Source: Blastocystis sp. ATCC 50177/Nand II
Taxonomy: Eukaryota
Assembly (NCBI GenBank): GCA_039096935.1
Contig: JBBPEE010000035.1
Span: 558,001 to 622,000, forward strand
Length of the DNA stretch: 64,000 nt
Direction: 5' to 3'
Below the pieces are notes generated by a model, which was given only the letters and a program-made list of their open reading frames with translations, ran no database searches and was not told the DNA's origin. The position numbers and the translations under genes are program-made. This document shows, piece after piece, positions 14,319-27,540 of this stretch (its first letter is position 1; each line of letters starts with the position of its first letter).

Positions 14319-16584
14319 ATGGAAGAGAAGGAGTGCTGGGTTGACATCACCGACGTTATCAGGGCCGCCGCGAAGGAAATTCGCCCCGGCCAGTTCATCG
14401 CCGGACCCTCTTTCAGCTTTGAGGAGTCCATGAGGGCAATCGACATCATGGACCCCAAAATCGACACAGGCCTCGGTGTAATGGAGATTGATCCCCCGTC
14501 CTATTTGGCCAAACACGGTACGGCCGATTTCCGCGCCTGATGCGTAGGTCTCATCTGCTTTTCTCCCACGGACGAGGAATTGGTCCAAATCGCAAATTCG
14601 CTGCTTTCGACGCTGTTTTCCTGGATGAAGGGCGATTCCATCAACCACTGCCTAATGCACAACCTGTTCATTCACAAATGCGTTTTCGGAGAGCTGACGA
14701 GCCAGTTGGTGCATCTCGATGTGGACTCGGTTTCCAGCGATGATTCTCGCAAATGCGTCCTGTTTGCCCTCTTCGCTGCAGTCCTCCATCTGCTGCAGCA
14801 CATGCGCCGCTTGATGAACCACTACAACGTGTACGAGGTGGATGAGTTCGACTGGAACTACGGCTTCTCGCTCACCATCAACATGGAGGACGCCCAGTTC
14901 GCTGCCGTGCAGAAGGTCGCCAAGACATACCTGCAGCGCAACAATCAATCCCTCCTTCTCCACCAGCTGCTTTTCCTGGAGAGCTTCACTGCCGTCTTTT
15001 CGGTCTGGAGCAGCAGTGCCAAGGACAAGGTTTTGCTCACGAAGCAGGCACTGTCGTCATTCCTCGCCTCTCTCTCCACTCTGGTTCGCCTTTTCGTCTG
15101 TCTTCATTCCTAGTCTGCCTACTACACACAGGAACCCTCGCTTCCCACCACCGCCTTCTTCGACGAGCAATTCTGCCATTTCACGCCGACGAGCTTCCCC
15201 TCGCGCATTCCGCCTCGTTTCCCCTTCTCCCAGGTTCCTACAACTCCTCTCACTTCACTCCGCAGATGTTCAAGGAATGGCAGGAGCATTCCCAAATCAC
15301 TCTCGATTTCGTCTCCGTCGTTTCCTCCAAGATCGACCTCTTCGCCCTCGTTCGCGAGTGCACCGCGCTCTCCTTCGCGCGCCTCTTCCCCTTCTACCGC
15401 TGTCTCCTCTTCGTTTCCACCCCCACCCTCCTTCACCCCCAGGGTTGCTTCTCCACCACCTACCCCACCTCGCGTGAAGTCATGGAACTCTTCTGCCGCA
15501 CGGCGCGCGTGGACCAGGCCCTCTTCCGCCAGCCGCCGCTGGCTCCACTGACCAACGTGATCGCCACTGTGGGCGTAGCGACGAGGGCTCAGGACTAGAC
15601 GGTGACGGACGTCGTGCGGTGCCTGCTCAACGCGCTGGGCGGCGTGCACCGCCGACTGGAGGGCCTCATCACGGGACTCGCGTCGCTGTCCGGACTGGTG
15701 GGCGTTTCACTGAGGTTCAACGGCAGATCAACGAGGCGTTGGAGAAGATGAAACGGTCGGACGAAACGGTCACGGCGGCGGTGGTGCACAAGCTGAACTT
15801 CTGCCCGTGCCTGCTGTCGATGTTCCTGTCGATCGCCTATACCCACTACGAGCTGCGCCTGGGCATCGTGTCGCCGACGGAGCTGCCGATGACGCTGTGG
15901 TTCGTGGACGTACTGCTCATGCAGTTCGACGAGATGGAGAAGCGGTACGTGAGGGGTAAAAGTGGGGGGTGTGGGTGATGCGAAGTGCCGGCGGTGGAGA
16001 ACAAAAACAAGGCGAAAAAGGGCAAATCCAAGGGGAAAACCGCGGAACACGTGTTGGAGGGAACGCACGTGCTCTCCGACTACTGGACGTTTTTCGTGAA
16101 CTATGAGCGCGGCCTTCTCTTTGTTGCTGTATGTGGCCTCGCTTACGTGTAGTTGCTGATGTACTGCATCCGATCGGGCATCACCTCCGTGCCGCAGCTG
16201 ACCTTCTCCACGATGGAGATTCTGTTCCAGCAGCGCACCATACCTCCCATGCAGTCCTCGCTCTTCTCTCCCGTGAGCTACGGCGATTTCCAGCGCATGT
16301 TCGACCCGGAGAAGCGGGACCTGAACGAGATGCTGGCGCATGCGACGACGTACTTGGAGCGGGCGCAGGAGACTATTGGGGAGATGAAGAAGAAATCGGC
16401 GGTGTCGAGCGAGTTGCTGACCAAACAGGCCTGCACGATGTACCAACGCGCGACGCTCATGAACCTGCTTGCGGCGAAGCGGTTAGTCGCCGCATCGGCG
16501 AAATCCGCGACGACTCCCGCTGTGAAGGTGCAGTACCAGTCTTCGCTCGACACACTTCCCACCATCAAAGTGGTGAACGCTTGA
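14319..16584 (+). CDS. NAA35: NatC N-acetyltransferase auxiliary subunit (Mak10/NAA35), multi-intron
   Basis: N-terminus WVDIT...F.F.ESMRAIDIMDPKIDTG and W.KG.S...C.M.NLF match the Mak10 family; several short introns; TGA at 16582-16584, then TGTTTATT at 16598. Confidence 0.8.
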
Positions 16585-16616
16585 TGCTCGGTTCCACTGT
16601 TTATTTCTCACTCGTG

Positions 16617-17885
16617 ATGTCCCTCCCAACGAAAGCCACCATCGTTTCGCGCTGCGGAAAGGCTCGCTGCCTGTCTTTCGGCAATGTGCAGACTCCCGTG
16701 GTGATGATCCAAACCAGGACGTGCTTCCAGCCCTACTTGACTCTCGGTTCATTCTTCTTCGTCTTTTTTATCGCATAGATATGCTTAAGAAGCTTCCCGA
16801 AAAGCCTCTCTTCTCGATCACCGCCGGCGAACTGTATGACTACCCACTTTATCTTATTGAGTAGGTTTCATGTCGCCAAGACGGTGAAGGGGATGAAGGG
16901 CGGTCTGAAGGCCTTCACCGCGCTAAACGACTATTACATGCATATCCAGACGCGCGACATTGAGCAGTTCCCAGTACGTTCCATGTTATATTATTTCCTC
17001 TAGGTTCCGAAGGGAACGGACAAGTCGGTGGGCGTGATGACGACGGAGGGGAACCGCGACATTTCGGCACAGGAGTACATCGGGTACACAAACGACTTCG
17101 GGGCGGACTCGTTCGTGACGCTGAATGACGAAGTGCCGTTGAGCGTGGGCAAGAGACGGGGCAAGCAGAGCGTGATTCGCAACAAGAACTGGCTGCAGCA
17201 GCATCTCAACGAGGCGACGGGGTCGAGCGGCATCATCGCCAACATCCAAGCGACGGAGAACGAGCAGCTGCTCAAGGAGCAGCTCGATTTGATCAATCAG
17301 AACGCCAGCAAGCTGCTGGGCGTGCACGTGTCTGGCCTGCATCTCGGCGAATCGCCGAAGCAGCGGGAAGCGATGCTTACAGCCATCTTCTCCTCCATTC
17401 CCGAGGATCTGGTGCGGTTTGTGACGGGCCCTGACTCTCCCTCCGAGATCTTGGAGTCCGTTCGTCTGGGCGTGGACGTCACCGTGTCTTCGTACCCCAT
17501 TCGTCTTGCGGAGAAGGCCTACTGCTCGACGTATTCTCTTCTCTTGGGATTGACGATTAGCTACTGGAACGGGAAGGACGGCTGCGTGGAGAACAAGACG
17601 AAGATGAATGTGATGGACGTGGTGTACGAGCACGACAAGTCGCCCCTCGTGCCGGGATGCTCGTGCTACGCCTGCCAGAAGTTCACGAAGGGGTATCTTC
17701 ACCACCTCTTCAATTGCCACGAGCTGCTCGGCATTATTCTGCTGTGAGGGAAGTGGATGGGTGTGATGCGTAGCGCTCAGCACAACCTCCATCATCTCAT
17801 GGACCTGATCCAGAGCACGCGCTCCAGCATTCAGGACGGGTCCTTCGAGGCGTTTTTGCAACGCTTTTACTCCCATTCCGTTTAG
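16617..17885 (+). CDS. QTRT2: Queuine tRNA-ribosyltransferase accessory subunit
   Basis: N-terminal KAR...QTP..MIQTR..QPYLT; C-terminal Zn site PLVPGCSCYACQKFTKGYLHHLFNCHELLG..LL.QHNLHH. The catalytic DSGGFQ motif is not seen, so the accessory subunit is more likely. The start could instead be the ATG at 16584. Confidence 0.75.
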
Positions 17886-17891
17886 TTGCTC

Positions 17892-17908
17892 TGTTTGTGG
17901 AACAAACA
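17892..17908. terminator. Bidirectional 3'-processing element TGTTTGTG-G-AACAAACA
   Basis: Inverted motif pair between QTRT2 and the kinase-LRR gene. Confidence 0.65.
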
Positions 17909-17949
17909 ACCGAGAAGAACAGGGAATGCGCCCGGCCCATCACTACGCG

Positions 17950-20900
17950 TTATGTCCGCTTCAAGATGCCACTCTTGATGAACGGATTGTTCGAGTTCTT
18001 GAACGACCCGGGGAGCTTCACGCCCTTCCACTTCACACGCTCCACAGCCACGATGTACGGATAGCGGAAGCTATCGCCCTCACTCACAAACGATTTCACG
18101 GATGGGAGATCTGCCTGTGATTTGGTGTTGGAGCACCCACCTCTGAGAATCAGCGAGCACTGGTCGTGGTTCTTCTTCCCACGCATCGCCTTCTTTCCCA
18201 GTTCCACCGACTGCAATGACGGCAATTCTACCTTACACGCCTCCTCCGCCACCCACGCTCAAACCGGAAGTGCAGCGCCTCCTCGAAGCAGTAATCGCCC
18301 ACCACCACCTCCTTCAGCGACGGCAGACCTACCCTTCAGACCCAGAACAAGGCGAACTGAACGCATCAAACTCCGCGTAATAGAAACAGTACGAATCCGT
18401 GCCCACCTTGCCAATCTCCAGATTTCGCAGTGACGACAGCTCTGTTGTTGAAACGCCTCCACACCCCCACCCGTGAAGGAAAAGAAGCCAAAGTCCGCAA
18501 ATGAAAAGGCCCCGATTTCGATCGATTTCAGCACGTCGCAGTCGGCGATCCGCAGCCGCGCCTGTCTCTGTTTCACACTGCCCTCGTGGTGGCTCTTGAA
18601 CTGCGTGAAGCAATTCTCCTTCACCAGAATGCGCTTCAGATGCCTCAGCCCCGCGAACACCACCTTCTTCACGTGGTACCCCACGTCATTGCAAATCACC
18701 ACGTCGCGCAGCGACTCGAACACCGAGAAGTCCAGCGTCTTGCAACTCTCCTCGTTGAAGCTGCCCTGGTCCAGCGTCACCGACTGCACCGTCAGCGCCA
18801 CGTTCTCCAGCGTCACGCCGCTGCCCAGCACCACGTTCGGCGAGTCCGCGCCGATCTTGCTCCGCTCCTTCTCCGCCAGCGCCGCCTGGATGCCCGGCAG
18901 CTCCGCCAGACCCTGTACGTCTATCGCTCAGTACGAAAACCCGTGCGCACCGGATATGGAGATCTCCTTCATGTTCTCGAAGGCGTTCTCCAGCTGCACG
19001 CACTCCAGCTCCGGGATGTCTTTGTCTCATTCCCGCAGTTCTTTCCCACTCTTCAACACCGCCTTCTTCACGTTCTTCAGCGCCTTCTTCCCAGCGATCC
19101 AGCTCTGCAGAACCGGCAGGTCTTCCATTCAGTCCCCCTCCAGTCCCCACTTTTCATACTCAGCGTGTTCTGCGCCTTCGCACTGCCCGCGAACACCTTC
19201 TCGCCCAGGATCAGCGTCTTCAGTCTCGGCAGGTCTATTCCTCACACACCCCCACAGCACGCACCCTCCAGCTTCACCGTGCTGGCTGCCGTGAAGCAGT
19301 CGTCCTCCACCGTCACACACTCCAGCACTGGCAGCTCTGTCTCTCACGCCACGGCCCCACACTCACCTTGCAGCTGGAACTCGCTCCAGTAGGAGAACGA
19401 GTCGCACTCGATCTTCACGCCCACCAGCGCCGAACAGCGCAGCAAGTAGAACCCGCGCCACCGTCGCTCCGACGCCGTTTCGCCGTCGCCCGTGCCGACG
19501 AAACTCCCAATGGTGACCTGCTCCAAGCACTTCATTCCCTCCATCTTCAGCTCCTCCAAATATCGGAAGGATTTGTCGCCGATCTGCAGCACTTGAAGTT
19601 CTTGAAACGGCTCCAGCCGCCAGGTGCAGATCGCCGGGTCGTTGCACACGCCCGAGCCCACTGTGATGGTCGTGATGCCCTCGCAGTACAGCGTCAGCTC
19701 GTGCTTCGTCTGCACGCGTAGCACGCCGTCCACCACCGCCCGGCCCGTGCTGCGTGTCGTTTCCTCGGGCAGCGCGTCGGAATCCTCGTCCAGGTGGAGC
19801 AGATCGGTTGTTGACTCCTCGGGCAGGGAGTCGGAGTCCGACGGGAAGACCTCCTGAAGGAAGTTCGGCGTCGCTTCCGCGGGGAGGTTGGCTTCCTGGC
19901 CCTGCACAAACAGCAGGTCGTCGGGTTCGTTCAGCAACTCCGCCGCACTCACCGCTCCGTTCAAGATGGTTTCAGTGGTCAGGTTGCAGGAGTTGCTGCC
20001 TGCGGAGCTCTGACTTCTCCGAATCCCGCGGGACAGTTCGATCAGCAGGTCGGAGCGGCCCTCGGAGGAGATCTGGTGGATGGCGTCGCTGACGAAGGGG
20101 TGCTACGCTCGCATGCACAGCCCAGCGTTACCTTCATCAGATCGACAGCAGAGGGACGGGCTTTGGGGTCCTTGGTGAGACAGAGAGAGACGAAGTTGAC
20201 GAAGTCCGAGGACCAGTGGGAAGAGTGGAGCGTGGGAGGATCTGCCATGACGATGCTCTTCACCAACTACGCGTGAGGCGAGATGGAGGGAATCACGCTA
20301 ATCGTGCTGTTTCCGCTGAAGGGGTTCTTGCACTCTCCCAGCTCGATCAGCGAAATGCCGAGCGACCAGATGTCGGACTTGAGACACGCCTGGTCATCAA
20401 AAACCTCCGGAGCCATGTAGAGGAGCGTCCCGCACATTCCGGAACGGACGGACAGGGAGGAATTGAGCTTGTCGGAGAGGCCGAAGTCCCCGATCTTGAT
20501 CACTCCCTTCTCTGAAATCAACATGTTGTCTGGCTTGATATCCTACGGTCTATACAGAAGTAATGGGGTACGCGATGAAAAACATTCTTGCTGTGCAGAT
20601 ACGCAATGCCGAACAGGCTGCACGCGCAAATGTCGCGAATCAGCGGCTCGCTCAGCTTGTTTCCGCTCTGAATATAGCTGCTGAGCGATCCGCATCGACA
20701 GTACTCCATGACCAGCTGCGAATGAGGCAAACCCACCGAAAGCGACCCAGAGGCTGTTTCCCTTTGTAAAAACGTCTTCGTAACGCACAATAAAGTCCGA
20801 ATTGAGAGTCTGGATCAGAGAGCCCTCCTGGGAGGTTTGAACCGAGGAGGCCGTGCCCTTGCAAATCTTCACCACTACCGTCCAGTTGTCAGTGATCCGT

Positions 20901-21019
20901 TCCGCGATGTACACCTCTCCGAAGGAACTGCATCTCAGCATCCCACGCCGCGCCTACCCCTCGCCAATCTTGTCCTTCAGTCTGTACAGCTGCTCCGGAT
21001 CTCGCGCGTCCTTTTCCAT
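17950..21019 (-). CDS. STE20-like Ser/Thr kinase fused to C-terminal BspA-like leucine-rich repeats
   Basis: Kinase motifs across short introns ([43 protein letters not shown]), then an acidic linker and repeats of type L..L.IG..SF...EL...GL..L. Confidence 0.75.
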
Positions 21020-21063
21020 GTGGATTTCTTCACCGGCAATGAAAGTCTGTGAACAAACACCCC

Positions 21064-24000
21064 ACAACCCCAGCTCGTTCTCCTGCTTCGCCAGCTCCAG
21101 CAGCATCGCCTCGTCGAAGAACTTCTTCAGACTCACGTCCTCGCTCAATCCCTTGCGGCGGCGCGTCTTCAGCATGAAGTCCCGCGCCAGACTGTAGCCC
21201 GACGACGGCTCCAGCGGCAGGATCTTCACGCTCTTGTCCAGCGGGTCGCCCGGCACGATCTCCCAATGGCTGAACATCTACCGCTCAGCGCCGCCCCCGT
21301 GCCCCACCGCCTGCGGGAAGGCCAGTCCGCTGGTGCCCACTCGCAGATCCGTCTCGAAGCCGAAGCTGTCCATGATGGGGATATATCCCTTCATGGTGAT
21401 GAACGGCGTGCCTGCCTTCGGCACGCTCTATCCCTCACGCCCCACACTCTCCCCCACCTGCCGGATGAACCCGCGACGTCGTGACAAAATCTCCTCGCAG
21501 GTGCCCACCAGGTCCGGCGGCGCCTGGATCTCGAGCTGGAAGAAGGGCTCCATCAGCCGCGGACTCGCCAGCAGGAAGGCCGAGTACGCCACGCGCCGCG
21601 CCGTGGGGATGATCTGCCCAGCCCCGCGATAGATCGCCGTGTCCGACAGCGTCGCGTCCAACACCTTGAACTTCACGTTGCGGATCGGCTCCTCGCACAG
21701 CGGGCCCTCGCGACACGCCCAGCGGAAGCCCTGCACCACGCTGCCGCGCACGTCGCCCAGCAGCGCCGCGTCCACCTCCGACGGCAGCGTGTCGTTCAGC
21801 AGCACGTTCGCGCCCGTCGCCTCGGGGCCGAACGCCCACACGCTGCGCGCCGCCAGCTTGTCCCACCCGTACTTCTGCTGCAGGAACGCCTGAAAGCGCT
21901 GCGGCGGCCACGCGGCGGAGACCGTCTCGTTCTCGACGTCGTCGGCGAGCCCCTTCTCCAGCGGCTCGGCGGTCATGGCGAGGCGGTTCATGCGGTTGGG
22001 CGTCTCAGCGAAGCAGAGCAGCGAGGACTTCTCCTGCACCGTCTCCGTGAAGCGCACCATCGGGTTGGACACCTTGATGTCGATGCTGCTGTACACGTGC
22101 CGCAGGTCGTACAGCGCGCAGTCCAGCTGCAGCTCGCCCGTGCCGAACACCGTGTACTCGCCGCTCTCCTCCACCTTCGTGCGCACCAGCGGGTACGTGC
22201 GCGTCACCTTGCGCAGCGCCTCCACCATCACCGGCAGCTCGCTCGGCTTGCGCGGCTCGATCGCCAGCTTCAGCAGCGCCTGCGTCCCGAACTCCAACGG
22301 CTTGAAGATCGCCGCCTCCGCCACGTTGCGCGCCACCACCGTTGCCGTGCCCTGCACCGCGCTGCCCAGCCCTCGCAGCAGCACCCAGTTGCCCGCGCGC
22401 GCCTGCGTCACCTCCAGGTTGTAGCGGCCCTCGCCCACCGCCACACCCGCCACTGTGCAGTGCTGGATGTCCTCCGTGTCCTCGCTGCTGTAACTACGCC
22501 TCACCGCCCCCGCTCGCACTCACCTCTCGCCCAGCACGTCCACCTCCATGCCGCTCTTCACCACGCCGCTCAGCACGCGCCCGAACGCCAAGAAGTCCTC
22601 CGCGTCCGGCGTGCGGAACATCTTCACCACGTTCACCATCAGCGCGCCCTTCGCGTCGCACGCGCACATGCTCCGCCCCAGCGCGCTCGTCGCGTCGCCG
22701 CGCCACGTCCGCCGCACCTTCGCCTCCGCGCCCGCCACGGGCGAGGGCACCGTCTGCGTCAGCGCATCGATGAAACCCCCATGGCCGCGGAAGAACTGGC
22801 GCATCACCAGCTTCAGCAGCGGCTCGGCGTCCAGGCGCAGCTGCTTCTTGCTCAGCGAGATGCGCAGCTCGCCCAGCAGCCGCGTCAAATCCTTCACCTC
22901 CGTGCCCAGCACCTGGGCGTACACCTTGTAGCTACGCCTCACGCCGCTCTCCCTCGCAGACATCGGTTCCAGGCAGAACTGCACGAAGCTGCGCGGCGCG
23001 CGCGCGTCGGCCGGCTTGCCCTCGAAGCGGCGCGTCTGGTAGTTGAAGTAGCAGTTGCCCCAGAGGCGCCGCGCGAACTGCTGCACGTCCAGCCCCGCGC
23101 CGAAGAAGGCGGCGTAGTGGCGCGCGTAGCTCTCCAGCGTGAAGGACCACTTGTGCCGCGCGCTGCAGAATACCACGTTGTTGTTCACCGGGTTGAGTCG
23201 CGGCAGTGCCTCGCCCTGCGCACACGTGTCCATCACCGTGTTCAGCTATGTCTCAGACTGCTTGTGAGTCTTCACCTCCTCCAGCATCGCCACGAACTTG
23301 TAGTAGGCGTCCTGCGGCGGCATCTTCAGCTCGGTGATCAGCCGGTCCATCTTGGTGAAGGCCACCACGATCGGCACGCCCTGGCTCACCGCCTGGCGGA
23401 TGCATCGCTCCGTGTTCATCATCACGCCCTCCACCGCGTCCACGCACACCACGCACCCGTCCGCCACGCGCAGACTCGCCGTCACCTCGCCCGACAGCGA
23501 CACGTGGCCCGGCGTGTCGATGAAGTTGATCAGGTACGACTTGTCGCGGGAATCCGGCAGAACCAGCGAGACGGGCGTCGAGATGATGCTGATGCCGCGC
23601 TCCTGCTCGGCGATAGTCGTGTCCGTGTAGCGCACCTCCTTCTTCAGGTCCCACTCCTTCTTCTGTGTCGTCTCGATGAACATGTCCATCAGCGCTGTCT
23701 TTCCTAACCGTCAGTCGCATGATGGATGTTCACCGTGGTGAATGTTGCCGACCACAGCCACGTTACGAATGAGGCTCGGATTGTCCATCAGTCCTGCCAG
23801 GAACTCAGTGGAGTACTATGCATGATTTCGGAGATGGAGAATGGACGATCGTCTCAGGCGTCTCCTTCTCGAGCACGGAGAAGGTCTGCTTGCGGAGCGG
23901 CTTCACCAGCGGCTCCTCGATGTTTTGTGTATCTTCCTCCTGGACGAGGACTTCTGCGCCCTTGAACACCTAGCTCTCAGCGAAAAAAAGACAACACGGA

Positions 24001-24295
24001 CATCCTCCGCATCGGGATAGTACTGTTTGTCTTCATAAAGGGTTACGGCGTTCTCGTACGTCCGGATATTTGAATCTTCCTGCTCCTCCTCCGCTTCTAC
24101 GAGACAAATCAGCGACAAATCCAAATCGCTACCCTGATTCTCCTCGTCCATGTTCCAGTTCTCCTCCTCTTCCACTTCCTATGCGATGAGGCGCCAAACT
24201 CGACGAAATCGGCCTACACTCACACTCTCCTCCTCCGAATCCTTCACTTCAGGTCCGATGTAGTTACCGAACTCATCGTAAAGTTCTTCTTCCAT
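21064..24295 (-). CDS. EFTUD2: U5 snRNP 116 kDa GTPase (Snu114); stop predicted to be completed by poly(A)
   Basis: [16 protein letters not shown] start, GNIHHGKT P-loop, [21 protein letters not shown] and C-terminal [13 protein letters not shown]. After [12 protein letters not shown] there is an in-frame T at 21064, 4 nt before TGTTTGTT. Confidence 0.93.
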
Positions 24296-24468
24296 GGCTC
24301 TTGAATAGTAAGGGAGTTTGCGAATTGTGGAATAACCGCGGGAAGGGTGTGGGTCGTTCTTTCGTGCAAGAGAAAGGGTTGCAACGTGTGTTGGACTGCA
24401 ATTCGTCTTATATAGCATCCTGTTCACTTCGTGGAATTAGCAAATACGCTTCAACCCGTCATCCGTTC

Positions 24469-26085
24469 ATGAGTGAGTCTTCCGCCGCCGAGTCTTATCA
24501 GTCGAGACCGTCCACTGGATTACCGTTCAGTAGATCCATTTTCGGAAAGGATGAGCGTTGTAGATCTGCCCTCGTTGTCCAAGGAGGATAAACCCGAAAA
24601 TCCGTTTCTAAAGAGTGGTGGATGCGAGATTCGTTTACCGTTAGTTCAACACAAGCGCGTGGATTCTCTGACTAACGTTCTGAAGAACAATATCGGTTAC
24701 AACCCCTTCACTCGCAGAGTGGTGTCGGAACCGAAGGGTATTTGTTCATGCTTCGCTTTCCCGTAGATGAAGAGTCTACCAGTGAAGAAACGCCGAGTGA
24801 TTCCGATTCTGAGGTCTCCGAGAGGCAATGATTTCATGCATAGTCCAACTCGGATGACTTCGTTGACGACTATCTACAACGCTGTCAGGTGAAGCCTGTA
24901 GCAGTGAAATCAGACGACATTGACGCCCTGTTTGAACACAAAATGTACCGGACCATCGTGAGCGTCTTCTTCCCCCTCCCGCCCAATCAAATCCGCAGTG
25001 ACTACTACTCCTTCCTCGTACAATCCGTGCCCTCCATGGGATGCTTTCACGACTAGTACGACGTCTGCTACTCGCTCCTGCAGCTCAATCGACTGGATGA
25101 CGCGCGATTGCTCCTAGACTCCTGCGAATCTATCATCCGTGAAAGCCGAGAGAACACATACCTGGATGCGCTGCCGGGAGACTCTCCCATGACCTCGGTG
25201 AAGGAGATGGAGAGTCTCTTTGAGCTGCGATGTCTCCTGCTTCACGTGTTTCTGGAGGAGAATGCCTGCACGGAAGCGATGGCTCTCCTGCAGCGCTTGT
25301 TTGACTGTGTTGGAGGGAAGTGTCCTGAGGACGCCTTTCTGCTCATGAAGAGAGAGGAAGTTGCAGAGTGGGTAGAGCAGCTGGAGAACGTTGTGATTCG
25401 CAGCCTCTTGGCACAATGTACTCTTTGTGTTCGCTTCTCACGTAGATTCGTATTCGTACGCCATTTCGCTGGTGGACCGGTGGATCGACGTGCACGCGCA
25501 GTGCAATCTCCCTATTGTATCGTTGTTCCTGCTCTCCATCAGCATTCGGCTCGCATCTGGAAATGTGGCCTCGCTGTCTCTTGTGGAGGACGAATATATC
25601 AAGTACGTTCCGAAAGAGGACGATTGCCTGTTCCTTGATTACCTGCGTGGAGTGGAGCGAATGCAAGACAGCTGCTATGGCGAAGCCGTGTCCTTCTTCG
25701 AGCGAGTCGCTGGATTTAGTGTGTATGTTTTATTCGGCACTTTTACGCCTAGGAATCTGTCCCTACAACAATCAGCCGTAAACAATGTAGCCGTATGCTA
25801 CTACATGGAGTGCAAGCTCGATAAGGCGGCAGAAGCCATTGAGGTGGAGACATCCGAGTTAAATCACCCACAGGCTTTTCTATTGAAGAATCCGGAGAAG
25901 CACTTCACCTTCCATCTTGTCAGCACCCTGCGCGTGATCTACAAGGACTTGTATCCCGAGGAAGAATGGTGAGACTGCAGCGTGGGACTGACCAGTAGCC
26001 GAAGTCGGTTGTCTGCACTGTACCAAGTGTCACAGAAGTATCACAAGGAGCTGTACTCGACAGCGACATTTGGATTGGAATCGTG
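24469..26085 (+). CDS. TPR protein, TRAPPC12 (TTC15)-like; 3' end uncertain
   Basis: C-terminal YGEAVSFFERV...AVNNVAVCYYMECKLDKA.EAIEAFL.KNPE.HF...LV.TLRVIY resembles the TRAPPC12 C-terminus; multiple short introns. Confidence 0.55.
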
Positions 26086-26482
26086 GACGGGTTTGTTGAA
26101 GAAAGAGTGGCGTCGTCAGATGCAATTCCCTTTGAGAGACGGAGGGAGTGACGACGCACGCATGTCGAGCTCCAAAGCGCCACGAGGCATTTCTCCATTC
26201 TTTTGTTATTGCGAGGGTGTTTGTGGTAGGTATCGTGCTCGGTTGATTCCCAATTTTCGCGCAGAAGCGTCTGCTGGGTGGCGCTTTTGTGATAACTTTT
26301 GGGGAAAGAGGGGATCAAATGATACCATTACGTCATTTCGTGGCGCTGTGTATTGCTTTGATCAGCTAGTTCTTACTGTTCTTTAGGTGTTCTCTTGTTG
26401 TTTGTTCTATCAGTCTTTTGCAATCGGGCATTCATAGGAAGAGAGCTTACACCTACAGGAAGAGGTGTCCAACAAACAGAGC

Positions 26483-27506
26483 ACTCCTTCAACTGGGTAT
26501 TGATGAATTGCACAAAGGAGGACGCGACTTGCTCCGCACTCAAGTGCTGCTTCGTAGCAATCTCCAAATACTGTTTCCTCCAGTTCTTGAGCTGGAGGAG
26601 CGTCACTCGCTTGTACAGCACCACGAACGCGCTTGTTCCGGACACCTTCAGCTTGCTTCCGGCAATGCCGCCGTTGATCGTTTGCTCGTGGATGATGTCC
26701 TTCACGATGGTGTCCGTCAAGCTGTTCACAAAGCCAATGTAGTCGGAACTGCTCAGCTGTTCGGCCTACGGCTAACGAGAGTCCAGCGCCCCAACCGGAG
26801 GATTGATCGCGAGATGCTTTGCCTGCGTCTTTACGGCGGTCAAACTGTCCCAAATCTCTTCCACGGGCACCTCCACGTAGCTACTGACCTTTTCGATGCT
26901 CTGCTTGTTCAATCCCAGCTGGAACGGGGAGGCAGCACCCTCGTCCTCCTTCACGAAGCACACCCGGAAGAGAGGCGTGTCCCAGCGCGTAAGAGGGGAA
27001 GGCGGCTCAAACCGACTGGACAGATCGTCCAGCACTTCCTTTGAGTAGTGGTCTGCTTCCGCATTGAACGCCTCGATGGCGCTGCTGGGCGTATCGATCC
27101 AAACCTAGAGTCCAATCCCATCCTGGCGACTACGACGCACCGAGTGGATCTGCAGCCTCGTGCAATGCAGTACATCTCGTAGCGATAGCCCTTGATGAAG
27201 TTCATCGTGTCCAGAATCACGAAGTTGTCACTGCGCAGTTGTCGCGACACCTGTGTTTTGATCACTTCATGTGTATTCTTTTCGTCAAATGCGGCTAGGA
27301 ATTAGACGTTCTGCTGCGGAAATACTCCCATAGGCACTCTTTGGGTCCATTTTTAGCGATTCCAGGTTGATAATCGTCACATCCTTCCCCTTTGCTTTGA
27401 TAAAACTCGCGATCTTCTCTGCGGCCGTCGTTTTCCCGCTACAGGGCTTTCCGCAGATTACAACCAAGGGCCTGCAGAATCACACACGATTGAAAGCAAC
27501 CTACAT
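26483..27506 (-). CDS. KTI12: KTI12 (Elongator-associated P-loop protein)
   Basis: MPLVVICGKPCSGKTT, ILDTMNFIKGYRYEMYC, RFEPP....RWDTPLF; ends FVQFINTQLKE followed by T, 4 nt and TGTTTGTT. Confidence 0.9.
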
Positions 27507-27540
27507 GATAGAATCGGGTGAGAAACAAAGACTAGCACAA

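Noticed and set aside
20954..21277. Apparent SNU114-kinase fusion ORF
   Set aside because: Snu114 similarity ends at ELGL, followed by T, 4 nt and TGTTTGTT, and the kinase has its own ATG at 21019. Better explained as two genes with a poly(A)-completed stop.
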